From positions 1-60,578 of the forward strand of contig CAYJQE010000003.1 of NCBI GenBank assembly GCA_964372245.1: 60,578 nt of DNA, read 5' to 3'. A model generated the notes under the pieces. It was not told the origin of the DNA. It made no database searches and saw nothing but the letters and a program-made list of their open reading frames with translations. This document shows, in pieces, positions 18,089 through 26,420 of the stretch (its first letter is position 1; every line of letters begins with the position of its first letter). Source of the stretch: an uncultured Candidatus Saccharibacteria bacterium (GTDB lineage: Bacteria > Patescibacteriota > UBA1384 > CAYJQE01). Both the position numbers and the translations under genes were made by a program.

Positions 18089-18472
18089 CTAGCCCCCCCT
18101 CTCGGCCAGATAGGCCTCGAGGGCCGCCCGCGCCCGCGCCCCTGCCCCTTCGGTTGAACGATTAGGGCGGTGTGCGGCGCGCGGCGTCAGCCGCTTGGCT
18201 CGCCGCCTTTCGGCGGCCGGCCTCAGCCTTTCGGCCTCGGCCTCGGCCTGCCTGACAGCCAAACGTTGACTGTTCAGGACAGGCTCTAGAGCGCGCAGCT
18301 GCCGGCAGGCCTCAGCCGAGCCAGCCGGGTCAACCCCGGCCAGCCGGCGAGCCCGAGCCTCTAACGCTTCATGCTTAGCACGAAGCGTCTTTAGCTCGGC
18401 AACCTGACTGGACTGTTTGGCCTGCGCGTCGCCGAACGCCAGCTCCTCTTGGGAGAGGAGCATTTTCTTCAT
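18089..18472 (-). CDS. Orphan GC-rich, Ala/Arg-rich coiled-coil protein
   Basis: 127-aa ORF preceded by a strong AGGAGGTG SD; heptad-like helical content. Confidence 0.6.
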   Translation of the reverse strand: MKKMLLSQEELAFGDAQAKQSSQVAELKTLRAKHEALEARARRLAGVDPAGSAEACRQLRALEPVLNSQRLAVRQAEAEAERLRPAAERRRAKRLTPRAAHRPNRSTEGAGARARAALEAYLAERGG

Positions 18473-18547
18473 CCTTTTTCACCTCCTCTTGGCGCTCGTC
18501 CTCTCCTTGGTCGAATTTCGACCGTCGGGGGATTAATGCGCGAGTGG

Positions 18548-18584
18548 AAAAAGGCGAAAGAGCTTTTTTAGGAGCTCTTTCGTC
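18548..18584 (-). terminator. Terminator-like hairpin in the leader of the 127-aa ORF
   Basis: Minus strand GACGAAAGAGCT-CCTAAAAA-AGCTCTTTCGCC-TTTTT, ~75 nt upstream of the ATG. Confidence 0.5.
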
Positions 18585-18646
18585 TGCTTCCAGAGAGTTT
18601 AAATCGGACTTTAAATTTCAATTAGAGCGGCGCGACCTCGATGCCC

Positions 18647-18676
18647 TTGACAACTTTTAAGATTTTTTACTAAACT
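18647..18676 (+). promoter_or_regulatory. Sigma70 promoter TTGACA-18-TAAACT
   Basis: Upstream of AAGAGGAG SD and ATG 18707. Confidence 0.7.
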
Positions 18677-18706
18677 TCAGTGAGTAGCATTAAGAGGAGA
18701 AAAAAA

Positions 18707-18904
18707 ATGGACGATGACACGAATTCAATGATTGACGACAGCGGTGATGAGGAAGAAACCGAGGAAGAAACCGAGGACGAAACGACCGGCGCCGCCACAA
18801 GCGGTGGATCGGGCGATGACGATGGAGACGAAGAAGGCGGAGCCGGCGGAGACGACGAAAAAGAAGATCAAGGCGGCGATCCCGCCCCGCCTAGCTGGCA
18901 ATAA
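18707..18904 (+). CDS. 65-aa extremely acidic, low-complexity peptide
   Basis: Has its own promoter, AAGAGGAG SD and a downstream hairpin; 15 Asp + 12 Glu and a single Lys in 65 aa. Confidence 0.72.
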   Translation: MDDDTNSMIDDSGDEEETEEETEDETTGAATSGGSGDDDGDEEGGAGGDDEKEDQGGDPAPPSWQ

Positions 18905-18910
18905 TCGTCG

Positions 18911-18954
18911 GATCGAAGAGAAGGTCGGGTTTTCACCCGGCCTTCTCTTCGATC
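18911..18954. terminator. 19-bp stem-loop, probable terminator (possibly bidirectional; no classic U-tract)
   Basis: GATCGAAGAGAAGGTCGGG-TTTTCA-CCCGGCCTTCTCTTCGATC, 6 nt after the stop. Confidence 0.65.
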
Positions 18955-19199
18955 GGAATTCACCGAATTTGCCAGTCGCGGGCTTTTGCCTACTAGTTAA
19001 AGGGAAAAGCGCGAAACTGGCAGATTGGGTGAATCATTCCGAGATCGAACTTTCGGTTGATCAGACGCAGGCGCGCCTCTCGGAAGAGACCTGTTGGCGA
19101 CTGACTTTTGGGCTCAAACTTCAATCAGACTTTGCTCAAGGTTGGTCGCTTTAAGCACAGTGACTTGGCTTCGTTACGGCTTGGCGGTTTCCCGGCCAA

Positions 19200-19384
19200 A
19201 CTATAAGGAAAGCGGGGTCGGTCGCCGAACAAGGCCCGACTTTAAGGTCAGGCGGCTTGGTTTTTCGGAACCTAGCATAGGCTAAACAGCCCTCCCCGAT
19301 TGATAAGGGGCCTGATTTGGCCGCTTTGCCTCCTTTTTCGAGATCGGCCTATTGGCCCCTCTCAACCCGCTCCTTATTTTCAAC
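19200..19384 (-). ncRNA. ssrS: 6S RNA-like rod (candidate)
   Basis: Closing stem ATAAGGA-GCGGG / CCCGC-TT-TCCTTAT spans 175 nt; second helix AATAGGCCGAT / GTCGGGCCTTGTT; internal bubble; apical stems; strong promoter directly upstream. Confidence 0.55.
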
Positions 19385-19390
19385 GACGCC

Positions 19391-19419
19391 ATGATAACAT
19401 AAAATGGCCGGATTGTCAA
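19391..19419 (-). promoter_or_regulatory. Sigma70 promoter TTGACA-17-TATCAT with extended -10
   Basis: -35 at 19419-19414, -10 at 19396-19391; no ORF follows. Confidence 0.82.
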
Positions 19420-19590
19420 GTCCTGGAAAGGCAAATCATGACTTGATCAAGAGAGATTCCCGGAAAAATGGCTCTTTTCTCGACCCGTAAGCTCTTAAAG
19501 CCCGAGGATTTTCCGAACTCCGATTTTAAAAAAAACCGACTCGACCTCGGAATCGAAACATCGGTGGGTTTTGAGATTAATTGATCTAAA

Positions 19591-21204
19591 ATGAATCAGA
19601 TGGCAGAAAATAAAACTTATCACGATCTCGAACCAAATGGGCAAGTTCAAGCTGGCCTAAAGGTTCACGAGGTGGTGGACCGGCTGTTGGGCCAAGATCT
19701 TAAGGCCAAGCTTAAAACCTTTGAGCTTGTTGTCTCTTTGGCCAAAGCGGTCAAGGAGCGATCGGGCCGGCTGCTTCTGGTTGGCGGTTCGGTTCGAGAC
19801 GAGGCGATGGGAAAAACTCCCAAAGATTTCGATGTCGAAATTTATCGGTTGCCGCTCGAGGCGCTTAAGGAGCTAGCTTCGAAGTTCGGCAAAGTAAAAA
19901 TGGTCGGCGAAGCTTTTTTGGTTCTAAAACTAACGACCAAAGAGGGCATTGATCTCGACATCTCCCTGCCAAGAAAAGATTCGAGGACCGGCCGAGGCCA
20001 TAAAGGCTTTTTGGTTGAGGAACATCCGGAAATGACGATCAGAGAGGCGGCGAAGCGGCGAGACTTCACAATGAACAGTTTGGCCAAAGACCCCTTAACC
20101 GGGGAGATTTTTGATTTCTTCGGCGGCCTTAACGATATCGCCCGCCGAGTTCTTCGAGTGACCGATCGTGAGAGATTTCCGGACGATCCGCTTCGAGCTT
20201 TGCGGGCAATCCAGTTCTGCGGCCGATTCGAGATGGGAATTGATGACGATTCGAAAGAGATTATCAGGACTCTCAATCAGGAGCTGAAAGATTTGCCGCC
20301 AGAAAGAATTGGTGAGGAATGGCGGAAGCTTTTGCTCAAAAGCCGACGACCGTCCTTTGGTCTTTCCGCTGGATTGGAGCTTGGGATTTTTGATCAACTC
20401 CATCCCGAACTCTCGGCTCTGAAAAAGACCCAACAGGAAAAAAGGTGGCACCCGGAAGGCGATGTTTTTATTCACACTCTGATGGTAGTTGACGAAGCGG
20501 CGAAAATTGCCAGAAAGGAGAATCTTTCATCCGATCAAAGACTCAAGCTCTTGCTTTCAGCCCTTTGCCACGATCTTGGAAAACCGGCGACAACCAAAGT
20601 TGAGGCCGGTCTGATTCGGTCGCCTGGCCACGAGCCAGCTGGCGGACCGTTGGCCGAACAGTTTTGCCGCAGCCTCGCGATTGACAACAAGACGACAGCG
20701 ACAGTCGTCAAGCTGGTCGAAAACCATCTCGCGCCAGCCCTTTTTTATCAACAATCGTCATCGGGTCAAGAAATTTCCGACGGCGCTTTTCGCCGACTGG
20801 CAAAAAAGATCGAACCGGCCAATTTTTATCTTTTGAATCTTTTGGCTTTCGCCGACCACCGCGGACGAGGTCCTTTCACCGATCCAAAAAAACCCGGTCA
20901 GTTTCTGATGCCCGATGATTTTCCGGCCGGAATTTGGTTTATGGCTCGAGTTTTGGGCCTCGGCTTGGAAAAAAAATCGGCCGAGAGTTTGATCAGAGGC
21001 AAAGATTTAATTGCCCTTGGCCTGAAGCCGGATAAAAAGTTCGGTGAAATTATCAGGCTGGCCGATGACCTAAGGGACAACATAAACTTGAGCCGCGAGG
21101 CGGTCCTGGAGATGATCGCAAAGGCTGGAACCAGCGAGCGGGCGACCGCTCTTCTTCAAGAAAAACTCGCTGGCGCGGGTTTCGGCGATGACCAATCAAG
21201 TTGA
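19591..21204 (+). CDS. cca: CCA tRNA nucleotidyltransferase with HD domain
   Basis: VGGSVRD, DFDVE, RRDFTMN, DDPLRALR, WHPEGDVFIHT...CHDLGK. Confidence 0.92.
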   Translation: MNQMAENKTYHDLEPNGQVQAGLKVHEVVDRLLGQDLKAKLKTFELVVSLAKAVKERSGRLLLVGGSVRDEAMGKTPKDFDVEIYRLPLEALKELASKFGKVKMVGEAFLVLKLTTKEGIDLDISLPRKDSRTGRGHKGFLVEEHPEMTIREAAKRRDFTMNSLAKDPLTGEIFDFFGGLNDIARRVLRVTDRERFPDDPLRALRAIQFCGRFEMGIDDDSKEIIRTLNQELKDLPPERIGEEWRKLLLKSRRPSFGLSAGLELGIFDQLHPELSALKKTQQEKRWHPEGDVFIHTLMVVDEAAKIARKENLSSDQRLKLLLSALCHDLGKPATTKVEAGLIRSPGHEPAGGPLAEQFCRSLAIDNKTTATVVKLVENHLAPALFYQQSSSGQEISDGAFRRLAKKIEPANFYLLNLLAFADHRGRGPFTDPKKPGQFLMPDDFPAGIWFMARVLGLGLEKKSAESLIRGKDLIALGLKPDKKFGEIIRLADDLRDNINLSREAVLEMIAKAGTSERATALLQEKLAGAGFGDDQSS

Positions 21205-21222
21205 AGTCTTTAAAAAACCCAA

Positions 21223-21619
21223 TTAGCCGATATTGGTTTGGCGACGACGATTCTGGTCGGAAGAATCGTCCTTTTCTTCCCGACGCTTCCTTGATCTAAT
21301 CACCGGCTTTTGAGTTCTTTTCGTCTCGGGCTGATTTAAATCCGACCGATTGGTATTGAGAATCCGCCTCAAAAGGCTTTGGCCGATAGGCTTTGCCTCT
21401 CCTTCCACTTGGCCATCCGGCCTAAACCAAAGTGATAATATTTGTTCGCCCAGGGCGGTTTTGACTTCGATCAGCTCGCTTTGTCATTCCCGGGTGATCG
21501 CGCAAAAAGGCGAAAAGCGCGGCCGAACCTCGCAAAATCAGCCGAGCACTTGGCGATCGTTTTAATTCGGGCGAGGGCGGTTGATCGGGCCGATAGGGGA
21601 CCTCGGGATTGTTGAGCAT
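21223..21619 (-). pseudogene. Possible frameshifted orphan gene (~131 aa if base 21484 is removed)
   Basis: TGnTATATT -10 lies 7 nt before ATG 21619; frame 1 runs to GM at 21487 and the +1 frame continues QSELIEVK... to the stop at 21223. Confidence 0.35.
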
Positions 21620-21688
21620 CGAACTTAATATATCACTTCTTAAGTCAGATCTCTGCGGCTTCACAGTCAGCCAAAAGCTGAAAACCTC

Positions 21689-21770
21689 AAAGAGAAAGGG
21701 GCGGTCGAAGAAACAAACGACCGCCCCCGCAGCACCGCCCATCTCTCAAGAGCGATGAATCTTACAGACC
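21689..21770 (-). ncRNA. Candidate ~80-nt small RNA
   Basis: TTGACA-16-TTTAAT promoter (21805-21778), two small hairpins, then a 10-bp GGGGCGGTCG/CGACCGCCCC terminator with TTTCTCTTT. Confidence 0.4.
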
Positions 21771-21850
21771 CAGAATCATTAAAGACGATTCCAGCTGATT
21801 GTCAAGCCCCACCCACTTCACGGGAGACTCACGGCGCAAAAAGCGAGGTT

Positions 21851-22816
21851 TTAGCTAGACGGGCTCTCTTCGGCCAGTTGCTCGGTCGTTGAGCTTTCCA
21901 GTCGTCCAACCGTCGAGATCCTATTGCCCAGCTTTTGATAACCGGAGTTTACCTCTTCCATTGAGTTTTTCGCGTTTTGGAGATGGCGATCGAGAACCGA
22001 AAGGCTTTTTGAAAAACGGCTCGCTTCTTGCTCAAGACTTTTCAACTCGAGAAGGACAGCTTTGAGATTGGTTCCGAGCCGTTCCGCTCGCGTGAATCGA
22101 ATGATATAGCGGAGAAAAGTCACCAAAAGATTAGGCGAGGTCAGGCCAACTTTTTTCTCGCGCGCGTAGTTTCCGATCTCTCTGTCGGTGACAACGAGAT
22201 TGAAAATCGGCTCGAAGGGAATGAACATCAGAACCTCCTCGACCCCCGCCTCGGCCCGGGCGTATTTCTTGGCAATTTCAGCAATGTGTTTTTTAACATC
22301 GCTTTGAAAATCCTTGATTGCCCGTTCTGTTTCCACGCCCGATTGAGCTTGTTGGTAGCGATCGAAAGACTCCTTGGGAAATTTTGAATCGATCGGAATT
22401 ACGCCCTGTTTCAAAACTATCGCCGCGTCCACCGTCTCGCCGGTCCGGAAGCGATATTGGAGCTTATAGAGTTCCTTGGGCAAAAAATTTGAAAGAATGG
22501 TCGAGAGCGACTCCTCCCCCATCTGACCCCGGATTTTTGGTGACCGGATAAGATCTATCAAATCTTTCATTCCCCTGCCCACCTCGCTTATCGAGCCCAG
22601 TTCCCTTTTTAAGCCGCCAATGACCGCCGCCGTTCGATCAAGCCGATCGGCCATCATTCGCTGGCTCTGATTGACATTTTCGCCAGTCTGTTTTAGCCAA
22701 CCGGCCAGATCGGAAGTTTGAGTGTTTAAAAGACGATTGAGCCGATTTAAAACCAAAACTAAAAGACCAAACAGACCAAGAACGAGAATGATGAGAAAGA
22801 AAATCGAGGCCGCCAT
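21851..22816 (-). CDS. rmuC: DNA recombination protein RmuC
   Basis: N-terminal TM and coiled coil; RGQMGE...L, VDAAI, IPIDSKFP, LMFIPFE motifs. Confidence 0.9.
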   Translation of the reverse strand: MAASIFFLIILVLGLFGLLVLVLNRLNRLLNTQTSDLAGWLKQTGENVNQSQRMMADRLDRTAAVIGGLKRELGSISEVGRGMKDLIDLIRSPKIRGQMGEESLSTILSNFLPKELYKLQYRFRTGETVDAAIVLKQGVIPIDSKFPKESFDRYQQAQSGVETERAIKDFQSDVKKHIAEIAKKYARAEAGVEEVLMFIPFEPIFNLVVTDREIGNYAREKKVGLTSPNLLVTFLRYIIRFTRAERLGTNLKAVLLELKSLEQEASRFSKSLSVLDRHLQNAKNSMEEVNSGYQKLGNRISTVGRLESSTTEQLAEESPSS

Positions 22817-22894
22817 ACAAGACCAGTATATACCATCTCTTAGAGTTTTTGGCCATCAGAGAGCTTGGCAAAATGCCGGCTCTGTTCGATCGAG

Positions 22895-25810
22895 TTAGCG
22901 GACGGCCGAGTAAGGGCAGTGATTCTTAAATGGGCAGCCGGCGCAGTTCAAAGGGGTCGGTTTCGGTCGAAAATCTTCGGCTCGGATGCCATCGGCCGCT
23001 TTTTTGATCTCCTGTTCGGCCCGAGTAAAATCCGATTCTTTAGGCTGATATTGGCCAACGAGACCTTTGTCTAGAAAAGAGATGGCCAGCCGAGCCGGAA
23101 AGCGGTCGAAAAGCCTTTTGTAGGCCAGGCCGTAAATCAAGAGTTGAAGCGATTTTTTGACTCTTGAGTTGGCGGCGGCTTGATCGGCGACAAAACCGGT
23201 TTTGAAATCAAGGATTGTCTCCTGATCCCCTTCTTGATAGATGAGGTCAATTCGACCCCTGACCTCAAGTTTGGGAGTGATTTTTAGCTTGAATGGTTGC
23301 TCGACGGCAACCGGACGGGTCTTTTTAGCTTCGGTTTTTAGAAACCGGTGAAGAATTCTTCGGGCCTGCTTTTCCCTCTCTCGCTCGTGTTTTCGATTAA
23401 TAAACCAGCCCCGCTTCCAAGCTTGCTCGAAAAACTCGAGAAGCTCATCAAGCGAGGTTTTTTTGTTTAAGATCAAGGCTTGAAAATAATACTCGAGAGT
23501 CCGATGAATCGCCGAACCAAAAAAAATGGCCTCGTTCTCGATAACCGGCATCTTTAAGCGATTGATATAACGGTACTTCCAAGGGCAGGTTAGGTAATCA
23601 TCAATTTGACGGTGAGAAAGCGAAAGAAGAGGCGATTTGGTCGAGCGGCCGGAAGGCGGGGCGATTGACGGGGACAAACTATCGTATTTTTGGAAGAGCT
23701 CTAGTTGTCCGATCGGCTCTTCGGCCGACAAAGTCCTCAGGGCTTGATCAACCGCTTCCCGATCAAGAAGTTCGGCCAGAAAAATCGAGGCCTTCCTTGG
23801 CCGCCTCCCGCCATAGCTTCTGGCAAACGAGAGGTGAAGTTTGTGTTTCGTCCGGGTCACGGCGACAAAAAAAAGTCTTCGCTCTTCCTCAAGATGTTCG
23901 TCGCCCACCGGCAGTTTTTCTTTGATCAGCTCTTTTGGCAACTTGAACGGATCGCTCCGCCGCCGAGCTGGAAAAATCTCGGCCGCTAAGTTGGGTAAGA
24001 AAACTTGATCGAACTCGAGACCCTTGGCGGCGTGGACGGTCATAATCTGGACCTGATTTTTATCAAGCGCCGATTCCTCCTCTGTCTCCGATTGATTGCT
24101 CCGGGTAAGGAGAATTTCAAGATGGTTGGCAAAGTTAAAGATTGATCGGTCAGAACTCGCGCCCTCGAAATCCCTGATGATTTTGAAGAATCGGTTTAGA
24201 TCTTGGGCCATCTTTTCGAGCTCGGGCTTTTCCGACATCAACCGCTCGATAACTTTTTTTTCTTCGAGAAAGGTGTAGAGCACTTGACCGGTGGAAAGCG
24301 ATCTAGCTTTTAAGCGAAAAGAGTCGAGGTCGGCGATCAGGCCTTTGATCTCCGGATTGGCCGAATCGGTCCCGAGCTCGGCTCTCATGATCTGCTCGAG
24401 ACTTAAAGTCCGGCGCTTAGCCTTTGAAGCGAGAGCGATCAACGCGTTGGTTTCGAAATTGTAATAATCGGAAAAGCCGAGATGGATCAAGCTCAAATCG
24501 TCGTTTGGGTCAACTAGAACTCGAAGCAAGTTGACAAGATCGACGATTGTCGGCTCGCTGAAGAGACCGCTCTGGCCGGAAAATTGGTGAGGAATCGAGG
24601 CTGCCTTAAACTCGGCGACAAAGGCTTCGCCGATTGTGTTCGATCGGACAAGAACGGCTAACTCGCCCGGCCGCCGGCCTGCCTTGATCGCTTTGACAAT
24701 CTCCTCGGTCACAGCCCGCCTCTCTTCCTCGCCGGTTGAGAAATATTTTAGAAAAACTGTTTCTGAAGAGACTTTCCTGCCGATCAGGCTTTTGTCAATT
24801 TCTTGAACGACCTCGAGCCGATCGGGATCATTCTTCCGGATCAGATGATAGGCTCGGTCGAGAAGATTTTGAGGTGAACGGTAATTATTCTTGAGAACAA
24901 TCGTTTTCGGGCGATAATCGGAGATGAAACTCAAAATATTTGAATAAGCCGCCCCCCTAAAACGATAGATCGCCTGATCGTCGTCGCCGACAACCATCAA
25001 CTTGATTTTCGGCTTCGACTCTGGTTTTTTTGATTTTTTGGGAGGAGGGGCGAGGAGTTTCAGAAGTTGATATTGAGCAAAATTAGTGTCCTGCAGCTCA
25101 TCAACCAAAATATATTCGTATTTCTCGGCCAGTTCGTTTGCGACTTTCCGTTCAGTCTTCAACAGTTCAACCGAGCGGAAAATGAGATCGCCGTAATCGA
25201 GAAAGCCATGTTCTAGAAGAAGACTTTGATAATTCCGGTAAGCCAGGCTAAGCTCGAGATAAAGAGCGCGCTCGCTTCGATCGTCGGCTTTTCGAGCGTG
25301 CTCTCTCAACTCCTCCGGACTTGTAAGCTCGTCTTTGAGCCGGGAAAAAAAGAGCCTGATGGGAAAAAGATAGTTTGTCGGGTTTGAAAGGTGGATCAGA
25401 TTTTTAAGACCGAGGTTGAAGATATTCTCTTTTAGAAAAACGGTCTGCTCTCGATCAGAAAGGACTTTGAAGCCGCTTTTCAGTCCGAGTCGAAAAGCGT
25501 GATCGGTTAGAAGGTCGAGACCGAAGGCGTGGAAAGTTTTGATTTCATAATCGGTCGCCCCAAGAGAGACCAGCTCGTCGGCTCGTCGCTCCATCTCCAA
25601 GGCGGCTTTTTCGGTAAAAGTCAGAGCGAGAATTTTTTTTGGCTCGACGGCAAGGATTTCGATCAGATATGCGATCTTTCGAGTGATTATAGTTGTTTTC
25701 CCTGTCCCGGCTCCGGCGACAACCAGAATTGACGGCGCCTGACTAACCACCGCCTCAAGCTGGGACTGATTGAGGTCGCCAGTCAACTTCCGCTTAGTCT
25801 CTTTCGTCAT
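22895..25810 (-). CDS. UvrD/PcrA-type SF1A helicase fused to a PD-(D/E)XK nuclease with Fe-S staple (AdnA/B- or AddA/B-like)
   Basis: AGAGTGKT, VDELQD, VGDDDQAIYRFRGA, TVHAAKGLEF, EERRLFFVAVTR; GRIDLI...DFKTG...QLLIY; Cys in CPWKY and CAGCPFKNHC. Confidence 0.9.
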   Translation of the reverse strand: MTKETKRKLTGDLNQSQLEAVVSQAPSILVVAGAGTGKTTIITRKIAYLIEILAVEPKKILALTFTEKAALEMERRADELVSLGATDYEIKTFHAFGLDLLTDHAFRLGLKSGFKVLSDREQTVFLKENIFNLGLKNLIHLSNPTNYLFPIRLFFSRLKDELTSPEELREHARKADDRSERALYLELSLAYRNYQSLLLEHGFLDYGDLIFRSVELLKTERKVANELAEKYEYILVDELQDTNFAQYQLLKLLAPPPKKSKKPESKPKIKLMVVGDDDQAIYRFRGAAYSNILSFISDYRPKTIVLKNNYRSPQNLLDRAYHLIRKNDPDRLEVVQEIDKSLIGRKVSSETVFLKYFSTGEEERRAVTEEIVKAIKAGRRPGELAVLVRSNTIGEAFVAEFKAASIPHQFSGQSGLFSEPTIVDLVNLLRVLVDPNDDLSLIHLGFSDYYNFETNALIALASKAKRRTLSLEQIMRAELGTDSANPEIKGLIADLDSFRLKARSLSTGQVLYTFLEEKKVIERLMSEKPELEKMAQDLNRFFKIIRDFEGASSDRSIFNFANHLEILLTRSNQSETEEESALDKNQVQIMTVHAAKGLEFDQVFLPNLAAEIFPARRRSDPFKLPKELIKEKLPVGDEHLEEERRLFFVAVTRTKHKLHLSFARSYGGRRPRKASIFLAELLDREAVDQALRTLSAEEPIGQLELFQKYDSLSPSIAPPSGRSTKSPLLSLSHRQIDDYLTCPWKYRYINRLKMPVIENEAIFFGSAIHRTLEYYFQALILNKKTSLDELLEFFEQAWKRGWFINRKHEREREKQARRILHRFLKTEAKKTRPVAVEQPFKLKITPKLEVRGRIDLIYQEGDQETILDFKTGFVADQAAANSRVKKSLQLLIYGLAYKRLFDRFPARLAISFLDKGLVGQYQPKESDFTRAEQEIKKAADGIRAEDFRPKPTPLNCAGCPFKNHCPYSAVR

Positions 25811-25825
25811 CAGCCGTCAACCAGT

Positions 25826-26266
25826 TCAGGCTTGAAGATCGGCAAGCTCTTTCTTGAATGAGTCGAGAGTCCGAAATCTTTTATAAACCGAGACAAAGCG
25901 TAGATAGGCGACCCGATCGATCCGTTTTAATTCCCTGACAACTCTTTTGCCAATCTCGGTTGTCTTGATTTTGTTTCTCTGTAGAGCCATCAGTTGACGC
26001 TCGATCTTGTTGACCATTGCCTCTATGTTCGAGCCTGAAATCGGCCGCTTGCGACAAGCGAGCTCGATCGAGCCTAAAACTTTATCGCGATTGTAAGGTA
26101 CGACTGTCTTGTCTCGCTTCACGACCAAAAATTGAGGCCGTTCAAGTCGTTCGTGAGTCGTAAACCGGAGGCGGCATTTCGAACAAAGACGGCGGCGGCG
26201 AACAGCGTCGGTTGTTTGACGGGAATCGGAAACGGCAGTTTTGCCACCACACCTCAGACATCTCAT
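25826..26266 (-). CDS. nrdR: Transcriptional repressor NrdR
   Basis: CxxC...RRRLCxxC zinc ribbon, RFTTHE, ATP cone, VAYLRFVSVY; ATG 26266 lies 6 nt after TGCTATCTT. Confidence 0.96.
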   Translation of the reverse strand: MRCLRCGGKTAVSDSRQTTDAVRRRRLCSKCRLRFTTHERLERPQFLVVKRDKTVVPYNRDKVLGSIELACRKRPISGSNIEAMVNKIERQLMALQRNKIKTTEIGKRVVRELKRIDRVAYLRFVSVYKRFRTLDSFKKELADLQA

Positions 26267-26420
26267 AGTCAAAAGATAGCAGTTATGGGGACAAGCTGGT
26301 ACAGCGCGTAAAAAATAACCGAGAAACCGCGAATCGCAAAAAGGCTTGAAACCGATCGCCGACCCCCTGCCCGGAAAGCTGGAAACGGCGACCTGAAGAT
26401 TAAAACCGGATTGGGTTTCG

